IMG/VR virus record: IMGVR_UViG_3300016484_000074
Location: 1 to 35,155 of that record
DNA: 35,155 nucleotides
Direction: 5' to 3' (one strand)
Source: a virus
Lineage: Duplodnaviria; Caudoviricetes
Position 1 is the stretch's first letter. Each line of letters opens with the position of its first letter. Of the stretch, positions 19,561 to 26,451 are shown piece by piece. Under the pieces are notes generated by a model. The model searched no databases, was not told the origin of the DNA, and was given only the letters and a program-made list of their open reading frames with translations. Both the position numbers and the translations under genes were made by a program.

Positions 19561-20144
19561 CGCCTGAACAAGCTCAAAAATTAGGAATTGGCGAACAATG
19601 GGTTGATCCGCTTAATGAAACCTTTGCCAAATATGACATTAGCACCCCTAAACGCCAAGCGGCATTCATTGGTCAATGTATGCACGAATCAGGCGGCTTT
19701 AAGTTTTTAAAAGAAAACCTAAACTATTCTGCCAAAGCTTTGATGGCAACATGGCCTTCACGCTTTCCTGATATTGATACCGCAGAAAAATACGAACACC
19801 AGCCTGAAAAGATCGCTGGCAAAGTTTACGTTGGGCGCATGGGCAACCAAACAGAAGAAGATGCCAAAAAATACATCGGTCGTGGTTTAATCCAGTTAAC
19901 AGGAAAGGAAAACTATGCAAACTGCGGACTTGGTCTTGGTGTGGATTTGCTTGGGAATCCTGATTGGCTGGCTACTCCTAAATATGCGGCTTTAAGCGCA
20001 GGCTGGTACTGGAACAAGCGTGGATTAAACGCACTGGCAGACATTGGCGATATTGACGGAATGACCAAAAAAATCAATGGAGGCAGCATAGGCATCGCCG
20101 ATCGCAAAGCGAAAATTGAGATGGTTTCAAAATATCTCACGTAG
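19557..20144 (+). CDS. Endolysin, glycoside hydrolase family 19 (chitinase-like)
   Basis: AAFIGQCMHESGGF..LKENLNYS, YIGRGLIQLTGKENY, SAGWYW and TKKINGG. Confidence 0.92.
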   Translation: MTPEQAQKLGIGEQWVDPLNETFAKYDISTPKRQAAFIGQCMHESGGFKFLKENLNYSAKALMATWPSRFPDIDTAEKYEHQPEKIAGKVYVGRMGNQTEEDAKKYIGRGLIQLTGKENYANCGLGLGVDLLGNPDWLATPKYAALSAGWYWNKRGLNALADIGDIDGMTKKINGGSIGIADRKAKIEMVSKYLT

Positions 20145-20564
20145 ATCTACAAACTTCCACAGATTTTTTGGGACGTCATAAAAATACTCGTCCCTTGCAA
20201 CCTCAAAGTTTGGAACCTCAATTAAAGGACATTCTTTGATTTTGCTGGCTCTAATCCAGTAAGCGTGGGTTAAATCTTTGGTAACCACATACATGGTTGT
20301 GCGTTCGTGAGCAAATAATTTTTCTTTACGCTGGGCAATGTGAATGGTGTTATATGGACAAAAGTTCATTCCCCAGTCACGCACTTCTACTTCAGCATAG
20401 CCAATTTCTTTACCATCTTTGCTCAATACAAGGTCTACAGCATATTTGTCAGGGTTGGGCGTGGCATCCACATACCATAGGTTTTTAAGCCAAGTGGCGA
20501 CTGCTTCACGGGCTGGTGGATCATAAGTGTCATGCAACCGTTGGTCAAAGGCTTTGTATTTCAT
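20127..20564 (-). CDS. Putative PD-(D/E)XK-fold nuclease-like protein
   Basis: YAVDLVL...GYAEVEVR motif. The ATG at 20564 is coupled to the upstream stop codon. Confidence 0.55.
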   Translation of the reverse strand: MKYKAFDQRLHDTYDPPAREAVATWLKNLWYVDATPNPDKYAVDLVLSKDGKEIGYAEVEVRDWGMNFCPYNTIHIAQRKEKLFAHERTTMYVVTKDLTHAYWIRASKIKECPLIEVPNFEVARDEYFYDVPKNLWKFVDLREIF

Positions 20565-20764
20565 GAGTAAATAATCGCTAAAACGATCGCTATGGCAACA
20601 ATCCAGCAATAAGCTATATTTGCCAGTTTTTCTCTTTGTGCGGCTTTGTTGACCCCTAAAAACCAGCCCTGTATGGCAATCATGTCGCTATCTTGCTCGA
20701 CATATTTAGGTGGCTCGTAATATAAGCCAATTTTGACCTTACCTGTATCGTATGGCGTTCTCAT
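20561..20764 (-). CDS. Small membrane protein
   Basis: MRTPYDTGKVKIGLYYEPP with a C-terminal TM helix and TAATG coupling. Confidence 0.65.
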   Translation of the reverse strand: MRTPYDTGKVKIGLYYEPPKYVEQDSDMIAIQGWFLGVNKAAQREKLANIAYCWIVAIAIVLAIIYS

Positions 20765-20841
20765 TAAAATCCCCAAGCAAACATTGCGCCAAAAATAATC
20801 CCCATGATGATTACGCCGATCCATTCTAATATTTGTTTCAT
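20764..20841 (-). CDS. 25-aa single-TM micropeptide MKQILEWIGVIIMGIIFGAMFAWGF
   Basis: AAAGGA RBS, and its stop codon overlaps the next ATG. Too short for the ORF track. Confidence 0.6.
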   Translation of the reverse strand: MKQILEWIGVIIMGIIFGAMFAWGF

Positions 20842-20861
20842 TTTGTTTTCCTTTGTTGGGT

Positions 20862-20929
20862 GGCAGGTCAAAGTCTTTTTAGTCTTATCTTCCTATAGAC
20901 ATCGAGCTGAATAGTGTCAATGACCTGCC
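20862..20929 (-). ncRNA. Putative structured intergenic element
   Basis: Perfect 9-bp inverted repeat GGCAGGTCA/TGACCTGCC enclosing 50 nt. Confidence 0.35.
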
Positions 20930-20935
20930 GTAAGC

Positions 20936-21214
20936 TTATCTTGCGGTGACTTTTAAAGTAATCACTGCGGTTGTTTTGGTGTGTTTTGCGATCAAATCTG
21001 CTGGAATATTGGCCTCTGCAAAAACCGCCTTGTTATCCACTGTTTTGCGCTGGGATAAGGTAACGCAGGCTTTGTATAGGTTGCCCTCAATGCTGCCTTC
21101 GTTTTGCTTTAGCTTTGATTTGATGGCTTCTGCTTGTGCCTCAAGGTCGGCGATCTGTGCCAACAACATACCAAGCTGATCAACTTCTGTGATTTGGATG
21201 TCTAAAACTTGCAT
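20936..21214 (-). CDS. Hypothetical early protein
   Basis: AAAGGAG RBS and its own promoter, with a coiled-coil N-terminus. Confidence 0.75.
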   Translation of the reverse strand: MQVLDIQITEVDQLGMLLAQIADLEAQAEAIKSKLKQNEGSIEGNLYKACVTLSQRKTVDNKAVFAEANIPADLIAKHTKTTAVITLKVTAR

Positions 21215-21257
21215 TTGATTCTCCTTTATCTATCTCACTGCCCGATGCAGTAATGAC

Positions 21258-21286
21258 AGAATAATTAAGTAATCTTAACTAATCAA
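21258..21286 (-). promoter_or_regulatory. Sigma70 promoter with operator TTAAG-N4-CTTAA (21265-21278) in the spacer
   Basis: TTGATT-17 nt-TATTCT on the - strand. Confidence 0.7.
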
Positions 21287-21329
21287 GCTTTATTTATAGG
21301 GACATACCCTTAGTTTTGCAATAAAACAA

Positions 21330-21419
21330 CAGGGCTGTATTTGGCAGTTGCTACAAATGGGGCAGAAAGCCGCAAAATTCCCCAATTACTGCATCCTACA
21401 ATGGCGGCTTAACGCCCTA
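21330..21419 (-). ncRNA. Putative pseudoknotted structured RNA
   Basis: Nested stems AGGGC/GCCCU, UGUA/UACA, GCAGU/ACUGC and UGGGG/CCCCA, plus a 7-bp AAGCCGC/GCGGCUU pseudoknot. Confidence 0.6.
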
Positions 21420-21425
21420 ATTGGT

Positions 21426-21476
21426 TGGGTGACAGTCCCGTGAAGGAGCTTAGATTTTGTCTAAAACCGCCACCCA
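21426..21476 (-). ncRNA. Putative three-way-junction RNA element
   Basis: UGGGUGGCGGU/ACUGUCACCCA stem with two G-U pairs, enclosing UUAGA/UCUAA and UCC/GGA hairpins. Confidence 0.5.
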
Positions 21477-21483
21477 TGGCTAA

Positions 21484-22242
21484 TTATATGCCGTTCTTTA
21501 TCTGATAAACACGCAACAAATGCTGAAAGCAATCCCAGCCCTTTTGGAGCGCAGATTCCTCAACTTCTATCAATTTCACTTGATTAGTGACCCCATTTAC
21601 GAACACAATCGCCGCTCTTGCGCTGGGGATTCCAAGCCCCTCTCGGTAGGCTGCCAGTTGCATCTCATGCTCGAAATAAACGTCCACCTTATCAAGGCTG
21701 GTGTCTTTGGTCTTAAAATCGACCACGATACCGCCAAAATCGTGCGTTCCCTTTGCCATCAGGTCGCACTTGCCACCATACCCCAAGTGATGCCCAAAAG
21801 ACCGCTCAGAGATCCACAGTTGCGATCCAAAGTGATCTTTTAAGGCTTGGTCTATCACATCCAAATACGGTGGCTTTTCAGGCATATAAACCTGCTCAAA
21901 ATACCCCTGAATAATGGCGTGAATAGCGGTTCCTCGTTCGGCGGCTTCCCTGCCAGTTGCCTTGGAGTCCTGCATTACCCGAGATAACCACTCGGATTCA
22001 GGTTCGTCAGGCAAACGTGGAAGAGTAAGTGCCGCTAGGAGGACTTGTTGCTGTTTCCATGTATCAAGGCCTGCTTTTGATAGCAAGTTGATAATTGTCG
22101 TAACACTTGGCAAAAGTCCAAGTTTGCGTGCGTCCCTGAGCGTTGTGTTGCGTTCCCCAGTTTTGCCAACGATCGTATAGGCTGGATTGCCGTCTTTTGT
22201 ATACCAGTGTCCACTTTCTGCCACCTTTTCTTTAACTATCAT
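21484..22242 (-). CDS. PD-(D/E)XK exonuclease (recombination exonuclease / Cas4-like fold)
   Basis: LPSVTTI, AAERGTAIH, GGKCDL...VVDFKTK and MQLAAY. Confidence 0.85.
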   Translation of the reverse strand: MIVKEKVAESGHWYTKDGNPAYTIVGKTGERNTTLRDARKLGLLPSVTTIINLLSKAGLDTWKQQQVLLAALTLPRLPDEPESEWLSRVMQDSKATGREAAERGTAIHAIIQGYFEQVYMPEKPPYLDVIDQALKDHFGSQLWISERSFGHHLGYGGKCDLMAKGTHDFGGIVVDFKTKDTSLDKVDVYFEHEMQLAAYREGLGIPSARAAIVFVNGVTNQVKLIEVEESALQKGWDCFQHLLRVYQIKNGI

Positions 22243-22251
22243 TATTTATCC

Positions 22252-22872
22252 TCAGAACGGAATGTCGCTTAAATCATCATCAGGAGATGGGTTTGCTGCC
22301 TCTTCCGCATCTTTGGCTTTTTGACCACGCCACTCACTGCTTTCGGTGATCTTTTCCTTGTAATACTTTGGAAGCGCATCGTATTTCGCCTGATCAAACT
22401 CAGCCAACCAAAAATGCACTGGTGGGTTGATTCCATCAGGTTGATGGGCACGCAACGCACTAGGAACAGGGCTGATACCGCTGATATTGGCGTACTTGCC
22501 ATCTTCGGTGTGCGTGATATTAACCATGCAGAACTTGCCAAGCAGTCCTTTTAAATCAAAGTTCTTGCGATCTTCGGGCGTCATCTTTTTATTGCTCCAC
22601 GCCTCTAAATCTTTACGCAGGGTGGATTGATCGCCAAGGCTTACTGTGTATCGTTTGGAAACAATTAAAGGCTTGCCATCGTCAGTTTTAAGCGGTTGAC
22701 CGTTATCGTCCTCGCCATGCAGTTCCCAAGTAAACACAACCTTGTGCATGATCTTGGTGTCACCGTTCCATACGGTTGCTTGATGGCCCAAGTCAATAAT
22801 GGAATACAAGCGTGCCATGTGGTTGCCTGCTGGGGCGATCTTAAACTCTTTGCTGGTATCTGAAATAATCAT
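22252..22872 (-). CDS. Putative single-stranded DNA-binding / annealing protein
   Basis: PAGNHMAR..IIDLGHQ, LLGKFCMVNI and an acidic C-terminal tail DDDLSDIPF, adjacent to the exonuclease. Confidence 0.7.
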   Translation of the reverse strand: MIISDTSKEFKIAPAGNHMARLYSIIDLGHQATVWNGDTKIMHKVVFTWELHGEDDNGQPLKTDDGKPLIVSKRYTVSLGDQSTLRKDLEAWSNKKMTPEDRKNFDLKGLLGKFCMVNITHTEDGKYANISGISPVPSALRAHQPDGINPPVHFWLAEFDQAKYDALPKYYKEKITESSEWRGQKAKDAEEAANPSPDDDLSDIPF

Positions 22873-23663
22873 TTTTTATCCTTTATTAATAAGTTCCTCA
22901 CTACATTACGGCAGTAAGCCACGCCTGCTGTTGCCTCGGCATCGCTTGCTTGTAGTCTTGATACATCACCTAATGATTCGTTAAACACTTTTAATGCTCG
23001 TGCAATTAAATCATTTCGGTTATTGGCATTCACCCGATTTTCACTAACCTGACGTATAAATGCTTGTGCTATGTTAGGCAGTTCGTTAAAGTTTTGGTGA
23101 ACTAAATTGCTGTATGTTGCTTTTATGTATTGCTGGTTATAGCCATCCAAAATCATGCAAACTGCTGCCGTTCTGACAGGTGCTGAAGATAAAACCTTGA
23201 GGTTTTTGCCACAGAACTCTATCAAGTTGTCATGAACTTCGCCCACGCCAGTGTTGTAGATTTCAAGGCATTGCTCTGCGCTGGTTATCGTGTCGCCACC
23301 ATAAGCCAATCTTGCAAGCAATCGACATACTTCAGACGTTTTAACGTTTACGCCAGTTAAATCGGAAAGAGTGCGTTTAACGCCGTTATCCAAGACTTTG
23401 TAAGCATCGTCCCGAACATCGGTCACAACCAGCATTTCTACTGGAATATTGGCCTCAACAATCGCTTCAAGCCTGTGTTGACCGTCAAGTAACTTCCCTG
23501 ACTTGGAAAACGCCACGCCTTGATGGGTTGGAATCCACTCACCACGTTTAATCATATTAGCTAGTCCTGACACCCACCAGCCACGTTTTTTGCGATTGTC
23601 AGTGTTATGCTGCAAAAACGACTCTGCAATCGAAGGGGTTACTATCATTATTTGAGGTTTCAT
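22869..23663 (-). CDS. ParB/Srx-like N-terminal domain protein
   Basis: VTPSIAESFL..N..NR, GEW..THQGVAF...GKLLDGQHRLEAIV. Confidence 0.75.
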   Translation of the reverse strand: MKPQIMIVTPSIAESFLQHNTDNRKKRGWWVSGLANMIKRGEWIPTHQGVAFSKSGKLLDGQHRLEAIVEANIPVEMLVVTDVRDDAYKVLDNGVKRTLSDLTGVNVKTSEVCRLLARLAYGGDTITSAEQCLEIYNTGVGEVHDNLIEFCGKNLKVLSSAPVRTAAVCMILDGYNQQYIKATYSNLVHQNFNELPNIAQAFIRQVSENRVNANNRNDLIARALKVFNESLGDVSRLQASDAEATAGVAYCRNVVRNLLIKDKK

Positions 23664-23884
23664 TTGTGCGCTCCAAAGATTTCGCCATAATCACGAAATA
23701 ACTCCATCAAAGTTTTGGATGGTCGTGCTTTTGGTTTTGCTGGTAACCCACAAGCGTATCGTAGTAGGTCTATTTGACGTTCTGTAAGAAAGATGCCTTC
23801 TTCTATATCGGCAAACGCTTCTTCAAGCTCTTTCTCCAGTTGGACTTGATCAGCCCATTGTTGCTCAGTTTCTATTTCACTCAT
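23660..23884 (-). CDS. Hypothetical protein, first gene of the leftward operon
   Basis: GAAAGGA RBS, with ATGA coupling to the next gene. Confidence 0.7.
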   Translation of the reverse strand: MSEIETEQQWADQVQLEKELEEAFADIEEGIFLTERQIDLLRYACGLPAKPKARPSKTLMELFRDYGEIFGAHK

Positions 23885-23922
23885 AAGAGTCCTTTCTATT
23901 CACTGCACCATGCAGTAACCCC

Positions 23923-23951
23923 ATATTAAGCTGGCTTAAATCATAAAGCAA
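23923..23951 (-). promoter_or_regulatory. Leftward early promoter with operator TTAAG-CTGG-CTTAA (23926-23939)
   Basis: TTGCTT-17 nt-TAATAT on the - strand. Confidence 0.7.
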
Positions 23952-23958
23952 GGGATAT

Positions 23959-23994
23959 TTGTCAAAATGTTGTTATTTTGTTAAGATGGCTGAA
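23959..23994 (+). promoter_or_regulatory. Rightward promoter for the cro-like gene with operator TTAAG-ATGG-CTGAA (23981-23994)
   Basis: TTGTCA-17 nt-TAAGAT with an extended -10 TG. Confidence 0.65.
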
Positions 23995-23996
23995 TT

Positions 23997-24224
23997 ATGA
24001 ATTCCAGCGCAATAATCAAGCTTTTAGGTGGCCCTACCCGTATATCGAAGATGGTTGGGGTATCGGTTCCTGCCGTCTCTATGTGGCAAAACGGCGATAT
24101 TCCGCAGGATAAATTGATCATATTGGCGGCAACCTTGGAAAAGGAAAGCCACGGTCTTTTGACCCGAAAGTCGCTTTTTCCCAACACTTACCATCTTATT
24201 TGGCCTGAATTGCAAGATTCGTAG
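23997..24224 (+). CDS. Cro-like HTH transcriptional regulator (YdaS/Cro family)
   Basis: IIKLLGGPTRISKMVGVSVPAVSMW...IP HTH and C-terminal IWPEL, in a divergent position. Confidence 0.85.
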   Translation: MNSSAIIKLLGGPTRISKMVGVSVPAVSMWQNGDIPQDKLIILAATLEKESHGLLTRKSLFPNTYHLIWPELQDS

Positions 24225-24237
24225 GATTTGATATACT
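24210..24237 (+). promoter_or_regulatory. Sigma70 promoter upstream of the C4/CI-like RNA
   Basis: TTGCAA-16 nt-TATACT with an extended -10 (TGaTATACT). Confidence 0.6.
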
Positions 24238-24280
24238 GTCGGTAAGCAGAGTCGCATCTGTGGCAGTTAATTTCCGACAT

Positions 24281-24367
24281 AGACCCTTTTGGGTTGCTTT
24301 GAGCGTTTAATAAATGCAGTCGGACATTTCTTAAGCGATGCGAACTTAGAGCAACCTAAAGGGGTTT
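24281..24367 (+). ncRNA. C4 / P4 CI-like antisense RNA
   Basis: 23-bp outer stem with several G-U pairs and an inner stem-loop. The loop GUCGGA and bulge GAUGCGA are complementary to upstream TCCGAC (24273-24278) and TCGCATC (24252-24258). Confidence 0.7.
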
Positions 24368-24377
24368 TTCTATTTCT

Positions 24378-24556
24378 GCTTGGTCTTGATTGGTCGGGCT
24401 AAAAACAACAGCGATCAAGATACAAGTGCTACTGTGGGACAGTTGTTGCAACAGCACAAAGATCGGTGGCGAAGTTAGTGCCGATACAACGAAAGACTGA
24501 CGGGTTCTGTGGCTCCGAAAAGCAAACAGTTGAAGGCAACCTAGGAAGGCTAGGTT
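24378..24556 (+). ncRNA. Multi-hairpin non-coding region (structured RNA or origin element)
   Basis: Hairpins at 24383-24421, 24462-24485, 24507-24529 and 24538-24556, with no ORF in the track. Confidence 0.4.
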
Positions 24557-24598
24557 CGTTCACCAAAAAGCAACAAAAAACTTATTATTAATAAAAGC

Positions 24599-24628
24599 TT
24601 GCATTGTTAAGATTCCTTAATATATACT
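24599..24628 (+). promoter_or_regulatory. Sigma70 promoter with operator TTAAG-ATTC-CTTAA (24607-24620), driving the small-ORF operon
   Basis: TTGCAT-18 nt-TATACT with an AT-rich UP-like tract upstream. Confidence 0.7.
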
Positions 24629-24668
24629 GATTTCACTCAATACCGAGTGATATAGAAAAGGAATAGAA

Positions 24669-24929
24669 ATGACAACCAAAAAAGCCCCAAAAACCAAGCC
24701 GCTTACCAAGCTTGAACAGGCAGAGCGCAAAGCTTCAAACTTTGAGTACGCTGTTTACGATACCTACAACAATTTTGACGAATTGTTTGCGCTTTTAAGG
24801 CTTTATCGGGACTATATTGAAAGCCCTGAATACAACAAATACACCGCAAAACAAGCGTTAAACGGCATATTTTCCAACGCCATCAATATGCAAACCAGCA
24901 TGATGGATCAAGCTGGATTGGAGTGGTAA
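24669..24929 (+). CDS. Hypothetical early protein
   Basis: AAAAGGA RBS, first gene after the promoter. Confidence 0.75.
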   Translation: MTTKKAPKTKPLTKLEQAERKASNFEYAVYDTYNNFDELFALLRLYRDYIESPEYNKYTAKQALNGIFSNAINMQTSMMDQAGLEW

Positions 24930-24931
24930 TC

Positions 24932-25219
24932 ATGAAAGAACTTCTAATTTTCCTAGCTGGCGCATCGGTTGGATTGTGGTTAAGTGACGCAAACGCTCAA
25001 ACCTATGCGGTGCAAAACTCCCAAGGATATGTTCAGGGATATATCCAGCAAAACGGTCAAACCGTCAACGTTTTAACGCCCAACGGCAACACAGTGGGCC
25101 AGCCTTACACCGTATATCCCACACAAATCACTCAGCCAAGCGGTTATGCGATCGGAACACCGAGCTATAGTGTCCCACCAAGCCCACCATCACCACCATC
25201 TGTGAGGGTTTTGCAATGA
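24932..25219 (+). CDS. Putative exported protein with a signal peptide and Pro-rich tail
   Basis: MKELLIFLAGASVGLWLSDANA-Q with an A-x-A cleavage site, and PPSPPSPPS. Confidence 0.7.
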   Translation: MKELLIFLAGASVGLWLSDANAQTYAVQNSQGYVQGYIQQNGQTVNVLTPNGNTVGQPYTVYPTQITQPSGYAIGTPSYSVPPSPPSPPSVRVLQ

Positions 25220-25350
25220 ATCCATATTTACAAAAAATATTGCATCAAATAACTGTCAGTATTCAAGCTGAATTTAAAAAACAAGATGACCGCATAAAAA
25301 TGCTTGAAGAAGAATGCAAAGCATTACGGGAGCAATTAAATAATGAATAA
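25216..25350 (+). CDS. 44-aa coiled-coil peptide
   Basis: ATGA overlap with the upstream gene, MNPYLQKILHQ...ALREQLNNE. Confidence 0.55.
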   Translation: MNPYLQKILHQITVSIQAEFKKQDDRIKMLEEECKALREQLNNE

Positions 25351-25621
25351 ACCAGTAGCGTGGATGTTTGAAAAAGATGGTGCATATATGTGCATTAAAC
25401 ATGACGATAAAGTTAATTATGATGGCGGTGTTCCACTCTATACCCATCCAGTAAAAGAACCAATGATGGTGCTAGACGGCAATCGTGTTTACCCAGTAGT
25501 AAAAGAACTAACGGATGAGGAAATAGAAGAAGTAATCAGAAAGCATTGGAATAGAGAATACAAAAACAGAAGTATGTTTGAATTTGCTAAAGCAATACTA
25601 AGAAAGGCACAAGAGAAATGA
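25343..25621 (+). CDS. Hypothetical protein ending in the first array repeat (ILRKAQEK)
   Basis: KPVAW...PLYTHP...ELTDEEI...FAKAILRKAQEK. Confidence 0.75.
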   Translation: MNKPVAWMFEKDGAYMCIKHDDKVNYDGGVPLYTHPVKEPMMVLDGNRVYPVVKELTDEEIEEVIRKHWNREYKNRSMFEFAKAILRKAQEK

Positions 25622-25743
25622 ACGATTTTGGTCATGGAGTAGATGCAATGGGCGCAACTGTATTTATTGCGCTAATCATTATTGGCATACCAGTATTTTT
25701 TGGTCTGCTATTTAAGTTATTTGTTTCGTTTTTTGGTTTATAA
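25618..25743 (+). CDS. Cassette 1: 41-aa membrane peptide
   Basis: Starts at the ATG of repeat 1 and stops at the TAA that begins repeat 2. Sequence MNDFGHGVDAMGATVFIALIIIGIPVFFGLLFKLFVSFFGL. Confidence 0.75.
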   Translation: MNDFGHGVDAMGATVFIALIIIGIPVFFGLLFKLFVSFFGL

Positions 25744-25759
25744 GAAAGGCACAAGAGAA

Positions 25760-25954
25760 ATGACACCATACGGAATTTCAAAAGACATACTAGATAAAGG
25801 TTATATGACGATGCTTTATCCGTCATTGTGGACAAAGTTAAAGTTTTATTTATTTGGCAAAAAAATTGTGGAATCGGCTGGTATGCACAGAGTAGTTTGG
25901 TATGTGTATAAAGACCAGTTATTCCTTACTGAAATGAAGCATAAGTTTCTTTAA
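25760..25954 (+). CDS. Cassette 2: 64-aa hypothetical protein
   Basis: Starts at the ATG of repeat 2 (MTPYGISK) and stops at the TAA that begins repeat 3. Confidence 0.75.
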   Translation: MTPYGISKDILDKGYMTMLYPSLWTKLKFYLFGKKIVESAGMHRVVWYVYKDQLFLTEMKHKFL

Positions 25955-25970
25955 GAAAGGCACAAGAGAA

Positions 25971-26141
25971 ATGATGTTTAAGAATATATGCACTTGCGGT
26001 GGATATGCACATAGTATGAATGGTCGTGATGAAGCAAGACCACACATGGATTACTGCGAACAAAAAGATGAATACAACAAATGGTATGACTCTATTGGCA
26101 AAGAATTTTATGCAGAGTTAAGAAAGGCACAAGAGAAATGA
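25971..26141 (+). CDS. Cassette 3: 56-aa protein with CxC...HxxxC, a possible Zn ligand set
   Basis: MMFKNICTCGGYAHSMNGRDEARPHMDYCEQ...ELRKAQEK, bounded by repeats 3 and 4. Confidence 0.75.
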   Translation: MMFKNICTCGGYAHSMNGRDEARPHMDYCEQKDEYNKWYDSIGKEFYAELRKAQEK

Positions 26142-26320
26142 AAACTGTTTATGAATTATTCATGCAAGGATTTATTAGCCAAGAAAATAAGCATGGATTT
26201 CCTGATGGATGGGCTAAAAAACAAGCAGAAGAAATGACTAGGGATGAGTTTTTGATGTCTTTAAGTGATGCTATTGAGTTGCGTTTAATGAAGTATGAAA
26301 GAAAGGCACAAGAGAAATGA
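26138..26320 (+). CDS. Cassette 4: 60-aa hypothetical protein
   Basis: Bounded by repeats 4 and 5, ending ERKAQEK. Confidence 0.75.
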   Translation: MKTVYELFMQGFISQENKHGFPDGWAKKQAEEMTRDEFLMSLSDAIELRLMKYERKAQEK

Positions 26321-26451
26321 AAAAACTAATTGCAAGATTAGCGACCACAACATCCCCAATATGGGTAGTTCCTTTTCTTATATCAGGAATCTTTTGGATT
26401 GCGGTAAATGATATGGAAAAGTTATTGTTTGGAAAGGCTAATGAGAAATAA
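26317..26451 (+). CDS. Cassette 5: 44-aa membrane peptide
   Basis: MKKLIARLATTTSPIWVVPFLISGIFWIAVNDMEKLLFGKANEK, ending in degenerate repeat 6. Confidence 0.7.
   Translation: MKKLIARLATTTSPIWVVPFLISGIFWIAVNDMEKLLFGKANEK

Noticed and set aside
20842-24668. tRNA genes, attP or integrase in the intergenic regions
   Set aside because: No cloverleaf with T-loop/D-loop consensus and no recombinase motifs were found by eye.
24652-24672. ATAGAAAAGGAATAGAAATGA as an eighth array repeat
   Set aside because: It has only purine-rich RBS-like similarity and lacks the GAAAGGC-N4-GAGAAAT spacing.
25682-25954. 90-aa ORF from the track starting at 25682
   Set aside because: It overlaps cassette 1 and runs through the repeat. 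The ATG at 25760 within the repeat is the consistent start.
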